This document shows, piece after piece, positions 43,725 through 54,594 of a DNA stretch of 64,000 nucleotides. The DNA is from Flectonema sp. DT1601. Its lineage: Eukaryota. Where the stretch lies: positions 868,001-932,000 of the forward strand of contig OZ025786.1 in NCBI GenBank assembly GCA_964019425.1. The letters run 5' to 3'. The translations under genes and the position numbers were made by a program. The notes below the pieces were generated by a model. It was not told where the DNA came from. It did no database searches and saw nothing but the letters and a program-made list of their open reading frames with translations. Positions within the stretch are counted from its first letter, which is position 1. Each line of letters starts with the position of its first letter.

Positions 43725-46700
43725 TTATGGATTTCCAGGTCTTCCGAGTATTTCAGCTATTTGGTCCAGTACCACTACAAAGTTGGACATGCTGCGTTGA
43801 TTCTCCTTTAAGAAGCAGTCCTCTACTTTACTCACTACTTCACCAGTTTCGGTATTAATCATGCTGTGTATGTACAATGATCTCATCTTTTGGATACACC
43901 AGTGGTTGCACTTGAAAAGCACATGATGCGGTGTTGCAGTATCTCCATGACAGAAGATGCACTGTTCGTTTATTCCTTTTAGTTTAAGAGATCTACAGTG
44001 TCCAACTCTGAAGCGGGACATTAGGACTTCTTGTGGTCTCGTCAGTTCTTCTACAAAAGGTGGATGCCTCTGTTCGCCGGCTCCAATCCACTCCTCTCGT
44101 TTTCTTCTCTTGTGAAAAGTCATAAGGGTTCCCATATCCAGTCTAGTAACTAAACTCTCGAGTACCACACTGTCATCTGGAGGTTTCTTTATCGTACCTG
44201 CAGCGTGTTTTGCCACCTTGTCTGCTATTTCATTATACAGCACATCCATATGTGCTGGGACATACTGCATGTTAATATTAACACCTCTGTGTTCCAGTTT
44301 CAGTGCTAACTTCCAGATTGATGCGTTTGTAGCAGATTTCTGTTCTTCAGGTCCTCGCTCAAGTGCCTGTATTAGCGACATTGAGTCAGTTAGAATATGC
44401 GTCTTTGTTGTGGGAAGTATTCCTTCGGATGCCTTTTTGTTTTCCAGGAGTATCCTCATCGCTTGTTCCACGGCTATCTGTTCAGTTCTGTAGGAGCTTC
44501 CTGCTACAGGTATTCTGAATCCGGTCATGCTAACTTCCTTACCCTTCACTATTATCACAGATGCTCCTGACTTAGTCATGTACGTCTTCGTCCTATGTCT
44601 AATAGACCCATCTGTGTACACCTTCACGTCTTCAATTGGTAGACCGGCTTCTTTGTCTTTTGCCTCTTCTTTTCCAAAACAGTAGTTGAATTCCATTGCA
44701 TTAGTTACCTTCCATGATCGCATCTTATAGTGCTTTGGATTGATTTCCGAGTGATACGAGCTTCTGTGTTTGTCGAGTCCCGGGATCCCCGACACATATT
44801 CATCCCAAACTATGCGACCCCAAGCTGTTTTTGGTGGGTAGTTTAGGCCTCCCTCCGTCATTGTGAGGCTACAAGCTGGTAGGTGGGGACTTAATTTGAA
44901 TTCTTCATAGGCCCTACACATCTTGTAGCGTATGTGTTCTTGTAATTTCGGCATATCTGCTTCATGGTACAAGTTCCTCAGTCTGGTGCTTGGCAGACAT
45001 CCCGTTACCTGTCTAGCGGCTCTGTTTATTAAGATGTTTAGCCTCTCAAGACTGACGTCACCTCTCTTTGGCAGCAGCCAGGCAAAACTTTCAACCCCAT
45101 AGAGCACTCTCGCCATTACAACGGTCACCAGAACACAGATGAGGGTTCTCTTCCTGCATCCCATCCTGGAGAGTCTTAGCAGGAGCCCCAGTCCTCTGGA
45201 GGCTGCCGTCATCATCTTTCGCATGTGAGTTTTGAAGTCGAGGTTTTTGTCGTACAGAACTCCCAAGTATCTAACTACATCCGTTTCATGTAGTTTGTCC
45301 ACCACCGAAAATGCAAAAGCCTTGAGACCAGATCCAGTTCCTTGTAGCATCCTCAGGATGTCTCCTCTGGTGCGAACCTTTTGCAGTTGTGAGCATTTAC
45401 TAGGTTCCATCTGCATGTCTACCAATACAGTTTCTGTCGTCGGTAATTTTCGTTTTATTTTATGCTGCGGAACCACATAGAAATGTGTTATCGCCTTTTT
45501 AGAATTGCCTATAGTAGTTGAGTCCTGATTATTTAGCATTTTTCGGATGGCCTCTGCTGTTGTGACGACATATTTGAAGGTGTGCCCCTCCGGGTATAGC
45601 ACTTGTGGAGACTTATTTTCTTGGCTATCGGTATCCGGCCTCACATGTATGAACTCTGTTTTACCCGGGCTCTTGTTTATACAAATGTGGGATGCTGCGG
45701 CCCAATTTGAGAAGATGCGTACTGCTGTGTTAGCTTTGTCCTCCAGTCCTTTAACATCTGGAGATGTCATCACGAGCCCAACATCATCTGCAAAGACTGC
45801 TGGTTTATACCTATTCAATTCTCGTATAAGGCTTTCGATGTATATCGAGAATAGCTGTGGTCCTAGGACACTTCCTTGGGGTACTCCAACTTGTATGTGT
45901 TTGAATGTTCCCTTTTCGCCGTTTACTCTGGTTGTGATCTTTCTCCCAGTCAAATAGCTCTGGACCCATCTTGTGTATTTCGCCGGTATCCCAACTTCAG
46001 ACATCCTCTTCAGTAGAATTTTCGGTTGGACGGCATCGAATGCCTTCTGCAGGTCAAACGTCATTAACATCGATTCCCTACCTCGGTACCTTCCATCTAG
46101 TAGTCTCTCTGTTATCATGCAGAGATTTTCTACGGCACTGCGCCCTCTTTTATATGCGGCTTGCCGCGCACTCATTCTGTCCCCAAGTAAATGATGCATC
46201 CTTTCTGCCATCATCTTCTCAAACAACTTGCTTATTGCTGACGTCAATGTTATTGGTCGGTAAGAGAGTACACGTTTCTTGTCTTTTCCCGATTTTAAGA
46301 TTGGAACTACTATCCCATACTTCCAAGATCTCGGAACCGCCGACTTTTCCCAAGTCATGTTGAACAGCCGTAAGAGTTGCACCATAAATGTTTCTGGGAG
46401 TTTCTTTAACATAGTGTTCCACACCCCATCCGGTCCAGGTGCTTTCTTGTCTTTTAATTTCTTGAGCTGTCGCTTTAGTTCTCTCATTGTGAATTCTTCA
46501 TTGCCTTCGTCCCCTGGTTTGTTCTCAAATACCAAGGAGGGCACTTCGTCGTCTACCAGATTGAATTGTGTCGCGTATGCCGTGGTAAATATGTCTGCCA
46601 TTTCTTTTGGATCAGTTGTTGTACTGCCTTCATGTTCTAATTCGCTAATGTTATTATCAACAATGCCCCCTTCAAGTTGCTTTACTTTTCTGAAAGCCCA

Positions 46701-47690
46701 TTGGTAGTCCATCCCAGTCATGTCACATTCGATGATGTTTCTTTTAATTTTTCTGATGCCTTCCGCAATGGCATCCTTGTCAACTTTGTCCTGGTTGGGT
46801 TCATCAAGCAGTCTTTCTATTTCTGGATCCCTCACTGAGAAGGTGGTTTGCGTCCTTTTCTTATAGCCCGGTATGGTTTGTTTCGCAGCCTTCAGAATTT
46901 CTACAGAGATCCTTGTTGCAAGTTTTTGCACTGTTTCAATATTCTTTAACTTCGTTGCCGCCGTCGTTAAAACCTCCGAGTATGCATGCCACTTTGCACA
47001 CTTCCATTTCCATTGCCACATCTCGTTCGATTGTGGTTTGGTTTTCGTCAAGTGTATGTTTTCAATCTTTACACTTATTGGAAGATGGTCGCTACTCCAT
47101 CCATTTAGCAGTCCTATGTTTGCCATCATTGAATTATCCAGAGCAATAATATCTGGGGAGGATGAGCTCAATGGTCTCGTTATCTGCTGGGGCTCGTTTA
47201 ATACTTCCATGGCAGCTTCTAATGACCAATTATAGAAGCTTGTTCCTGCTGAATTCGTCTTTCCTTTTGACCAGATCTCATGATGTCCGTTGATATCGCC
47301 TGCTACCAGTGTTCCTGGCTCTGTTGGTAACTTCCATGTGGTTGCCGTTACGTTAGGCGGGTGATATACATTGTGTATTTTTAATGGCGGTGTTGATCGC
47401 AATTCTACAGTTAGTATCTCAGTTTGGTCGTATGAGATGTCGGGGAGTTTAGTCACATAATTTTTAATATCCATTCTGACAAGTATGGCCAGACCTCGGT
47501 ATCCTACCTTCAGAAGGCTGTCTCTTCGAATTATAATATAACCATCTATATTCAGAAATTTTCCGTAATTGAGCCATGTTTCTTGTAGTAGAACAATTTC
47601 TGGCTTGTGCTCTCTTAACGATCGATTTAATTGGAAGAAGTTTTCATTTTGTAGTATCGATCTTATGTTATTGGACCAAATCTCAATCAT
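43725..47690 (-). CDS. LINE ORF2: AP endonuclease, reverse transcriptase, RNase H, C-terminal Cys/His motif
   Basis: LQETW, GDING, SSDHLPI; KAPGPDG, YRPITLTS, DLQKAFD, GVPQGSVLGP, FADD, YLGV; VYTDGS, TDSMS, PAH..NEIADKVAK; CIFC...HHVLFKC. Confidence 0.97.
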   Translation of the reverse strand: MIEIWSNNIRSILQNENFFQLNRSLREHKPEIVLLQETWLNYGKFLNIDGYIIIRRDSLLKVGYRGLAILVRMDIKNYVTKLPDISYDQTEILTVELRSTPPLKIHNVYHPPNVTATTWKLPTEPGTLVAGDINGHHEIWSKGKTNSAGTSFYNWSLEAAMEVLNEPQQITRPLSSSSPDIIALDNSMMANIGLLNGWSSDHLPISVKIENIHLTKTKPQSNEMWQWKWKCAKWHAYSEVLTTAATKLKNIETVQKLATRISVEILKAAKQTIPGYKKRTQTTFSVRDPEIERLLDEPNQDKVDKDAIAEGIRKIKRNIIECDMTGMDYQWAFRKVKQLEGGIVDNNISELEHEGSTTTDPKEMADIFTTAYATQFNLVDDEVPSLVFENKPGDEGNEEFTMRELKRQLKKLKDKKAPGPDGVWNTMLKKLPETFMVQLLRLFNMTWEKSAVPRSWKYGIVVPILKSGKDKKRVLSYRPITLTSAISKLFEKMMAERMHHLLGDRMSARQAAYKRGRSAVENLCMITERLLDGRYRGRESMLMTFDLQKAFDAVQPKILLKRMSEVGIPAKYTRWVQSYLTGRKITTRVNGEKGTFKHIQVGVPQGSVLGPQLFSIYIESLIRELNRYKPAVFADDVGLVMTSPDVKGLEDKANTAVRIFSNWAAASHICINKSPGKTEFIHVRPDTDSQENKSPQVLYPEGHTFKYVVTTAEAIRKMLNNQDSTTIGNSKKAITHFYVVPQHKIKRKLPTTETVLVDMQMEPSKCSQLQKVRTRGDILRMLQGTGSGLKAFAFSVVDKLHETDVVRYLGVLYDKNLDFKTHMRKMMTAASRGLGLLLRLSRMGCRKRTLICVLVTVVMARVLYGVESFAWLLPKRGDVSLERLNILINRAARQVTGCLPSTRLRNLYHEADMPKLQEHIRYKMCRAYEEFKLSPHLPACSLTMTEGGLNYPPKTAWGRIVWDEYVSGIPGLDKHRSSYHSEINPKHYKMRSWKVTNAMEFNYCFGKEEAKDKEAGLPIEDVKVYTDGSIRHRTKTYMTKSGASVIIVKGKEVSMTGFRIPVAGSSYRTEQIAVEQAMRILLENKKASEGILPTTKTHILTDSMSLIQALERGPEEQKSATNASIWKLALKLEHRGVNINMQYVPAHMDVLYNEIADKVAKHAAGTIKKPPDDSVVLESLVTRLDMGTLMTFHKRRKREEWIGAGEQRHPPFVEELTRPQEVLMSRFRVGHCRSLKLKGINEQCIFCHGDTATPHHVLFKCNHWCIQKMRSLYIHSMINTETGEVVSKVEDCFLKENQRSMSNFVVVLDQIAEILGRPGNP

Positions 47691-49407
47691 TTTGACAGTG
47701 GTTTTGGTTTGCTGTTACTTGGTGGGTAGTTCCGCTTAGCCCTACCTTGGCTTCTATCTTGTTGACGGCGGTTGCAATTTGAGATATTGCATTCAACATT
47801 TGTTGATAATTTTTAACAATCATTTCTTCATTTTTCTTTGTCGCATTGGTCAGTCCTTCAATTATCTGCGTCATTTTTGACATCGTTTCATCCAATCTAG
47901 TTTGCAAGTCAGCTACCTCAGTTTGTAATTTTGCTAGCGTCTCGTCAGTTCTTTCCTTCATAGTCTTGAGACCATCTTCTACTTTCTTCAGTTCTTGCGT
48001 TTTTCCCTGCGATGGGGGCAGTTTATTTTCTTGTTGTTGGGGCTGCTTGTTTCCTTGCAGTGTCTTTTTAGTTGCTTCCGCATAAGATATTTTCGCATCT
48101 CGATACTTTTGTACGGCTGGTTTTGGTTGTTTTTGGTCTTCTGGCAGCTCCATTTTCTCAATAGACATCAGGGTCTCACCACATTGTAAGAACTGGCTTT
48201 TCGGACTTTTATCGAGGGCGACCAAGAAGTCGCCTTTCTCCATGCGAATAAATTTAGAATTTAATCCCGCTTCCAAGAGCATTCCCTGGAGCCGGTTCGA
48301 CCACCTGTACTGTGCACCACTGATACGGTACAGTCCAGCACCGTAGACTTGCGCAGCGAATTTCCCGGCACCCTTCCGTACTTTCTCTACGTTTGCAGAG
48401 GCACTCACCCTTATCCCTATCTTCCCATAGTTGGTAGTCAGCCCCATGCACATGTCTTGTTGTGCCTTCAGGACTCCCATGGCTTCCTCATTCGAAGTTT
48501 TCCTGTCAAGCCATACTGTTTCATAGACATGCTTGGTCAGGCCCTCTATCGATTTTATCCTGAAGTAAACTTTGTTACTCCCTGAGTTGTGCATCAGTGC
48601 GATTGCTGCCTTTTCATCATTTGGTAGGACTGTGACTTCACTAAAATCCCCCTTTCCAACTATCCGGAATGTCCTTGTGTCGACCCGTCCCTGATCACCA
48701 ACCACTGCCTTGATTTTTGCAGTAAGCGATGCTGGGTTTCTGATAGCATCTCCTCCTAACTCCTTTGCTGTAGCCCACGCGATGAGTTCGTGAGTGATCG
48801 GTGGCTTTATGTTTGTTGCCACTATTAGTGTTGGGGTGTAGGTTGCTCCGGTAAAAGTCACAAACCACCATGATCTTATTCTTAGTCCCACTGCCATCTG
48901 GACAGGTGTTTGAATCTGTTGGGATGCTGTCGCGTATTTTAATGCTAACTCCGTTGGCGGTTTGGTGAAGACCAGGGTTAGTCTCTTCGTTTTCGTAGCT
49001 GTCTTGTAGAATTCCTCTCCAAGTTTAGAGGCTTGTTGGGACAGTACTAATGATAAGCCGTCTGTTGAGCTGTTGATTCCGTCTTCCATCTTTATAATTT
49101 TTGATGGTTTACATCCGAAATGCTCTGGCTTCAGAGTTGGAGGATTTGTTTCCGGTTTCGGACCAGCCGTTTGGCTTGCTTCTTTTGTTTGTGGTGCTTC
49201 CACTTCCATCGCTTCTCCCTCTGATACTTCTGGTGATCCTCCCATCACCATGTCTTCGTCTCCTTCTTGCTGTTTTTGTGTCCTCTCTTCTTCTTCCCGG
49301 ATTTCATTCTTGGCTTGTTCCCTCATTTTCTTCGCCTCTTTCCTTTCTCTTTCTCTCCTTTCCGCAGCCCTTCTATCTTGCGGACGCATTGCTTTCTTAC
49401 CAGCCAT
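47683..49407 (-). CDS. LINE ORF1 (basic N terminus, C-terminal coiled coil)
   Basis: 574-aa ORF overlapping the ORF2 start by 8 nt; no CCHC knuckle seen. Confidence 0.85.
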   Translation of the reverse strand: MAGKKAMRPQDRRAAERRERERKEAKKMREQAKNEIREEEERTQKQQEGDEDMVMGGSPEVSEGEAMEVEAPQTKEASQTAGPKPETNPPTLKPEHFGCKPSKIIKMEDGINSSTDGLSLVLSQQASKLGEEFYKTATKTKRLTLVFTKPPTELALKYATASQQIQTPVQMAVGLRIRSWWFVTFTGATYTPTLIVATNIKPPITHELIAWATAKELGGDAIRNPASLTAKIKAVVGDQGRVDTRTFRIVGKGDFSEVTVLPNDEKAAIALMHNSGSNKVYFRIKSIEGLTKHVYETVWLDRKTSNEEAMGVLKAQQDMCMGLTTNYGKIGIRVSASANVEKVRKGAGKFAAQVYGAGLYRISGAQYRWSNRLQGMLLEAGLNSKFIRMEKGDFLVALDKSPKSQFLQCGETLMSIEKMELPEDQKQPKPAVQKYRDAKISYAEATKKTLQGNKQPQQQENKLPPSQGKTQELKKVEDGLKTMKERTDETLAKLQTEVADLQTRLDETMSKMTQIIEGLTNATKKNEEMIVKNYQQMLNAISQIATAVNKIEAKVGLSGTTHQVTANQNHCQND

Positions 49408-49518
49408 TTTATTTTTTTAAAGGGTGTCTTACCTCTCCTGGCTAAAATTTTAAAAAGAAATAAAATAAAATGCGTAAGCAGGATGCGACAAGTTGGGTCA
49501 AGCGCTTTTTTTACCAGC

Positions 49519-49590
49519 GGCTTAGTGGTCTAGTGGCATGATTCTCGCTTTGGGTGCGAGAGGTCCAGAGTTCGATTCTCTGCTGAGCCC
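49519..49590 (+). tRNA. tRNA-Pro (TGG)
   Basis: Acceptor stem GGCTTAG/CTGAGCC, D loop TAGTGG, anticodon arm CTCGC-TTTGGGT-GCGAG, T arm CAGAG-TTCGATT-CTCTG. Confidence 0.96.
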
Positions 49591-49597
49591 TTTTTTT
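49591..49597 (+). terminator. Pol III terminator (T7)
   Basis: T run immediately after the tRNA 3' end. Confidence 0.8.
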
Positions 49598-49699
49598 AAT
49601 ATTGAAATTGTGAAACGAATTTAAATTCCCAATAGCATCGCAGCGGCAATGTGCAACAACTACAACGTGAACTTGAATCACTTCTTTCTCTTTCCGGAT

Positions 49700-50900
49700 A
49701 TCCGGTTTCTCCTAGTCGATGTATCGACAGTCTTCTTGGGGGCTGACTTCGTTTACACGTAGTCTTATTGTGGCCCACCTTACCACAACGACTACACAAG
49801 TTCTTTCCTCCCTTGGAAGGAATCCTCTTCGTGGGGGCACCGGCACCCTTCGGTTTCTTCATTGTTGGGGGTAACCCGCAAACCTTCACCGACTGAAACT
49901 GATACAGCCCGACTGGGCGTACTGGATCGTCATACCTTTGCCAACTTGATCAACTCCTGCCTCTGTCCATGCACAACGTTCGCTGTTTGTTGTTATTATC
50001 CCTGCAGATGATTCTACAAGCCTGAGAAAGACCATACCTTCAAACACTTCGCTTTCGTGCATCACTGGTTCAACAGTTAACACTGCCGCTTCAACGGCAG
50101 CGTCTCCACGATCTCTCTAACCCACCCCAAAATCTTCTCATCATCACCCTGCATCGTGCGCACTATGCCATCGCTCGTAGTGCCACTTCGTTCTGCACAA
50201 TGCTGACAATGCTGTTAAGCATTCCCAACACATTCTTGTCCCTGGCTGAAGAGATAACGTTGTTAAACCCTTCAGCCATCAAACATCGGTAGGAACCTGT
50301 ACGAAGGTGCTGTATACAGATGTCCTTGCCGAACTTGGCCTTGATGTTTCGACCCTGCATTTGAGGGCAATCACATCGCTGTAATCCCCACGAAGCACGA
50401 CAGCAGGGCGGCCCTTGTCCTGATCGCCCCTAAGGCCAAACCCTTCGCCCAAAACTCCGGAACCTTCACCTCTGACTCCAGCTTCCCAAGGAAGTACTTC
50501 CACCCTTCCGTCTTCATTGCCTCAAGGCGAAACCACAGTAGGTCCATTGCAACAAATGTAAGCAATGCCCCCAAGTAATGTGCTCGTAAGAAGCCCATCA
50601 GCAACCCCAAATCCCCCTGGACATGCAGCTAGAGGCTACAAGGTGGGATTTTTTATATTTTGTACCCGACTCCTGATATTTTGCCAGGGAAAGGTAGGCT
50701 ATTGTGGTCTTGAGCATGTACACCCTCCCCTCCCCAGGGTTGCAAGCGTCCGTATGCCGCAGCTGGAGCTTTACAGTGAGGTTATGTTCTTCCTGATTAA
50801 GGCATCTCCCACAGCTTGCAAAGATTATTATGGCAAAAGGCTCCCATTTCTTTTTCAAATTGACAGAAAATCTTCATCCATAAATCAACCATGTATTTAT
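49700..50900 (-). pseudogene. Mutator-like (MULE) transposase remnant
   Basis: Fragmented frames YLGALLTFVAMD, EGWKYFLGKL, GDQDKG, RNIKAKFG, AEGFNNVISSAR, PP..KKPKG and the C-terminal knuckle CSRCGKVGHNKTTC. Confidence 0.75.
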
Positions 50901-51742
50901 AAATACATTTCCATTGTAGTCACCTTCCCAAAACCGTAAACATCAATAGAGGTGAGGACTCGCAGTTCATGACCAATGCTCCTAACTTCACTCAAGGAAG
51001 ACATATCTACATTGTATCAGTTTCTTCAACCAGAAAACATCGATGACGCAGATTCTAATAAAGGCATCGTCAGTGGGTAATTTCACTCAAGGACAAATTA
51101 ACATGAGTCAAAGACGTCAAGTTATTCAAGAAATAAAGGACATTAAATTTAAGAAAACCGCCAGAAAACCTGCACAAAGTCTTTTCGAAAAGTTTTGACA
51201 GGCCTAAAAATCATCTGCAGGAAAGTTCTCAGCCTCTGGAAAATAAAAAAAACATGACAGACCACCACAACTCAAATTGAAAAAGAATCGGCACTCAAAA
51301 TTCTATTTAGGTATTTGCCCAGTGTACTAGTCAGTATAGCAGCTGACAATATCATAACTACTTTGTTAATCACCCGTTCATTCATCGATTATTCCACTAT
51401 TCATCCTTTCGAACGATAACAAATTTCCGTGTGTTTACCACTCAATAATCTTTGATCCCACCCACCTCGTGTCCCAGACTTACATCTTTCTAGTTTTTAT
51501 ACTATAACATCACTCTTAATTCATCTTCTAATAACTCTCTGGAACATCTCGACTCACAGGTAATCCAGTGGTCCTTTGGCCACCGTTTCGATATTGCTCA
51601 TTGCTGTAAATCTAACAACAACCGCGGTTTCCAACATATGATGACCTAAAAAAAAACTATAGATAAAGGCAACTAAAGATAAACTTAGAAAGCAATTCAT
51701 ATGTAAACAACAATTACAAGTACAGCTACAAAGCAGAACTAT

Positions 51743-52270
51743 CTATGCAGAAAGTTTTTCAGTCAAGAGTTTTTTATTTGCCCTCAGAGTTTTTATTTGG
51801 CAGTTCAATGATCTCAGAAGAATTTCTGCATTATCTTCTTGTTTTTTAATTGATTTGCTCTGAGTTTGCACAAGTTTTAGTCTTTCCGTTAACGATCTCT
51901 TTTTTGATTCATAATGCTGATCAGTGTCCGTGACAACCTTTTGGCTTTCTACTGCCTCGTTTTTGACAAATATTCGTTCCAGGGTATCGGTTTGTTTGTT
52001 CACATGGAGGGACAGGTATTCTAAGTCCTCGTTTTTCTTTTCAATTCTGTCTGACTTTTGCTGCATTTCTTGAATAGCAAATGTCAACTTCCCCCTGTTT
52101 AAGCCTCTCTCTGCAACGGAAGATTGAATTTTAGCAAGCTCCGTCCGTTGTATTCTCATATCCTCCAATCCATCAACAATCCGCTCTTCGAGATCATGCT
52201 TTTCGCCAGACAGTCGCAACAGCTCGCTTCCCAAGCTGCTAAAATCTGCAACAGTCTTGTCAAACTGCAT
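51743..52270 (-). CDS. Coiled-coil hypothetical protein (upstream exon possible)
   Basis: 175-aa heptad-rich ORF. Confidence 0.6.
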   Translation of the reverse strand: MQFDKTVADFSSLGSELLRLSGEKHDLEERIVDGLEDMRIQRTELAKIQSSVAERGLNRGKLTFAIQEMQQKSDRIEKKNEDLEYLSLHVNKQTDTLERIFVKNEAVESQKVVTDTDQHYESKKRSLTERLKLVQTQSKSIKKQEDNAEILLRSLNCQIKTLRANKKLLTEKLSA

Positions 52271-52549
52271 TTGTGTGTCCCCCCCCTGAAAGAAAGTAGT
52301 CCGTGAATGGACACAATATTAATGCAACTCTCGAAACCTTCTTCATCAGAAAACTATATTTTGTGTACCAACTGAGGAAACAAAGTAAAATGACTACCTC
52401 ATCACGGCGGCTTGTGAATCTGATTTTCTTAAAAGCTTTGTTTTAGGTTCCTTGAAGTACTTTTTTCATTTACAACGTCAACGGGAAAAAAAAGGAAAGC
52501 ACTAAGATTTCAACGACAACATATCTCTCTCGTAGTAAAGTAATGAAGT

Positions 52550-53392
52550 TTAGTTCTTCTTGGAGGCGGCAACGGCCTGACGGGTGGCCTTGGCCTTGGA
52601 TCTCAACTTGGCGGTCTGACGACGGCTGGTGATGGTTGCGTAGTAGACGTCTCTCTGGTCCTTTGCTCCTTCGAATCTGGCCTTCAAGGCAGCTCTCTTC
52701 TGTCTTCTTCTTTGTCTTGAGACTGGGGTGACAAGACGCTGGATCTTTGGTGCCTTTGAGTGACCCTTCTCCTCACGACGGATGACGAACTTTCTAACAT
52801 CGTCGTCTCTGTCCAAGTCGAACAACTTTCTGATGTTGGAAGCTCTCTTTGGTCCCAATCTTCTTGGTCTGCTGATGTCAGTGACTCCCTCAATCTCTTG
52901 GGTTCCCTTCTTAATGATGATGAGGGCAAGGACAGAGATGTCAGATCCGACGATGCATCCACGAACTGACTTTCTGTTTCTCTCTCCTCCACGACCTCTC
53001 CATGCCTGGTATCCGACCTCTCCACGGGTAAGGAGAAGCTTAACTCTGCTGTTTACAAGGATACCCTGCTTCATAGGGAATCCCTGCTTGTCACATCCTC
53101 CGGTGATACGGAAAACGTATCCGGCGTAGTTGTCTCCGAGAAGACCTCCGTCAAAGTCCTATTGGGAGTGAATGAATAGAAATTTTATATTTTCTTTTTC
53201 AGATCTTATTTCATTGAAAAGATTCCGAAAATGGAATATTCGGTTCCTCCCAACGAAACCATAATGTGTTGATTAAGAGAGAAAACATACCTGGGCGATA
53301 CGCTTGTCGACGATTCTGGCAATTGCCTTCTCGTCGTCAAGTTCGAAGGTCTTCTGGGCTCCGGTTTCTGGGTATGCGATGTTCAACTTCAT
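52550..53392 (-). CDS. RPS6: 40S ribosomal protein S6 (eS6), copy 1; intron 53159-53290
   Basis: [14 protein letters not shown]...|DFDG...[13 protein letters not shown]...RKSVRGCIV...RRLGPKRA. Confidence 0.97.
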
Positions 53393-53814
53393 TTTAAAGA
53401 GAGAGTAGTTATAGATCTACGAGGGGGGTGGAAATGATTTTAATGTTCGGAACAGAAGTTGACATTCTAATGAAATGTTCGGTGACTATAAATTGATGTT
53501 TTTTTATTTCAAATTACTTTTGTTGTGAAAACTCCGCATTGCGAACTATCAAAAGAGCTACCTTGCATCACTGCTTGTTATTGCTGTATTGACTGAAGTA
53601 ATATTGTAGGCACATCTTTTGTTGTCTCAAAGAAGAACCTCACCTTGGGAGTGCTTTCTTCATGTTTTTTTTTGAACATTTTTGACTTTTTTTCGACAGC
53701 ATGGGGGGTGTGGGGGTGGTTTGGCGTGGGGGGGAGACAAGGCGTCCAGTCCCCACAAAAGAAAATAGAAATGATATGAAGTAATTCCTAATAAACTTGA
53801 TTACATGAAGCTGT

Positions 53815-54594
53815 TTAGTTCTTCTTGGAGGCGGCAACGGCCTGACGGGTGGCCTTGGCCTTGGATCTCAACTTGGCGGTCTGACGACGGCTGGTGATGG
53901 TTGCGTAGTAGACGTCTCTCTGGTCCTTTGCTCCTTCGAATCTGGCCTTCAAGGCAGCTCTCTTCTGTCTTCTTCTTTGTCTTGAGACTGGGGTGACAAG
54001 ACGCTGGATCTTTGGTGCCTTTGAGTGACCCTTCTCCTCACGACGGATGACGAACTTTCTAACATCGTCGTCTCTGTCCAAGTCGAACAACTTTCTGATG
54101 TTGGAAGCTCTCTTTGGTCCCAATCTTCTTGGTCTGCTGATGTCAGTGACTCCCTCAATCTCTTGGGTTCCCTTCTTAATGATGATGAGGGCAAGGACAG
54201 AGATGTCAGATCCGACGATGCATCCACGAACTGACTTTCTGTTTCTCTCTCCTCCACGACCTCTCCATGCCTGGTATCCAACCTCTCCACGGGTAAGGAG
54301 AAGCTTAACTCTGCTGTTTACAAGGATACCCTGCTTCATAGGGAATCCCTGCTTGTCACATCCTCCGGTGATACGGAAAACGTATCCGGCGTAGTTGTCT
54401 CCGAGAAGACCTCCGTCAAAGTCCTATTTTTTATTGCTTACTTTCTCTACTACACTTAGACATTAATGTGTTGATTAAGAGAGAAAACATACCTGGGCGA
54501 TACGCTTGTCGACGATTCTGGCAATTGCCTTCTCGTCGTCGAGTTCGAAGGTCTTCTGGGCTCCGGTTTCTGGGTATGCGATGTTCAACTTCAT
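53815..54594 (-). CDS. RPS6: 40S ribosomal protein S6 (eS6), copy 2; intron 54424-54492
   Basis: Encodes the same protein as copy 1. Confidence 0.97.

Larger units (their letters stand above)
43498..49500 (-). mobile_element. Apparently intact non-LTR retrotransposon (APE-RT-RNaseH; I/Ingi-group-like)
   Basis: ORF1, ORF2, 3' UTR and A17 tail (T run 43498-43514); 5' boundary approximate; no TSD identified. Confidence 0.92.

Noticed and set aside
49421..49427. ACACCCT as a target-site duplication matching the sequence after the LINE poly(A)
   Set aside because: Only 7 bp, too close to the ORF1 ATG, and the 3' copy is simply the HPP codons of the truncated sister element
39946..49533. Plus-strand ORFs inside the retro stack
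   Set aside because: Antisense shadows of the long minus-strand ORFs
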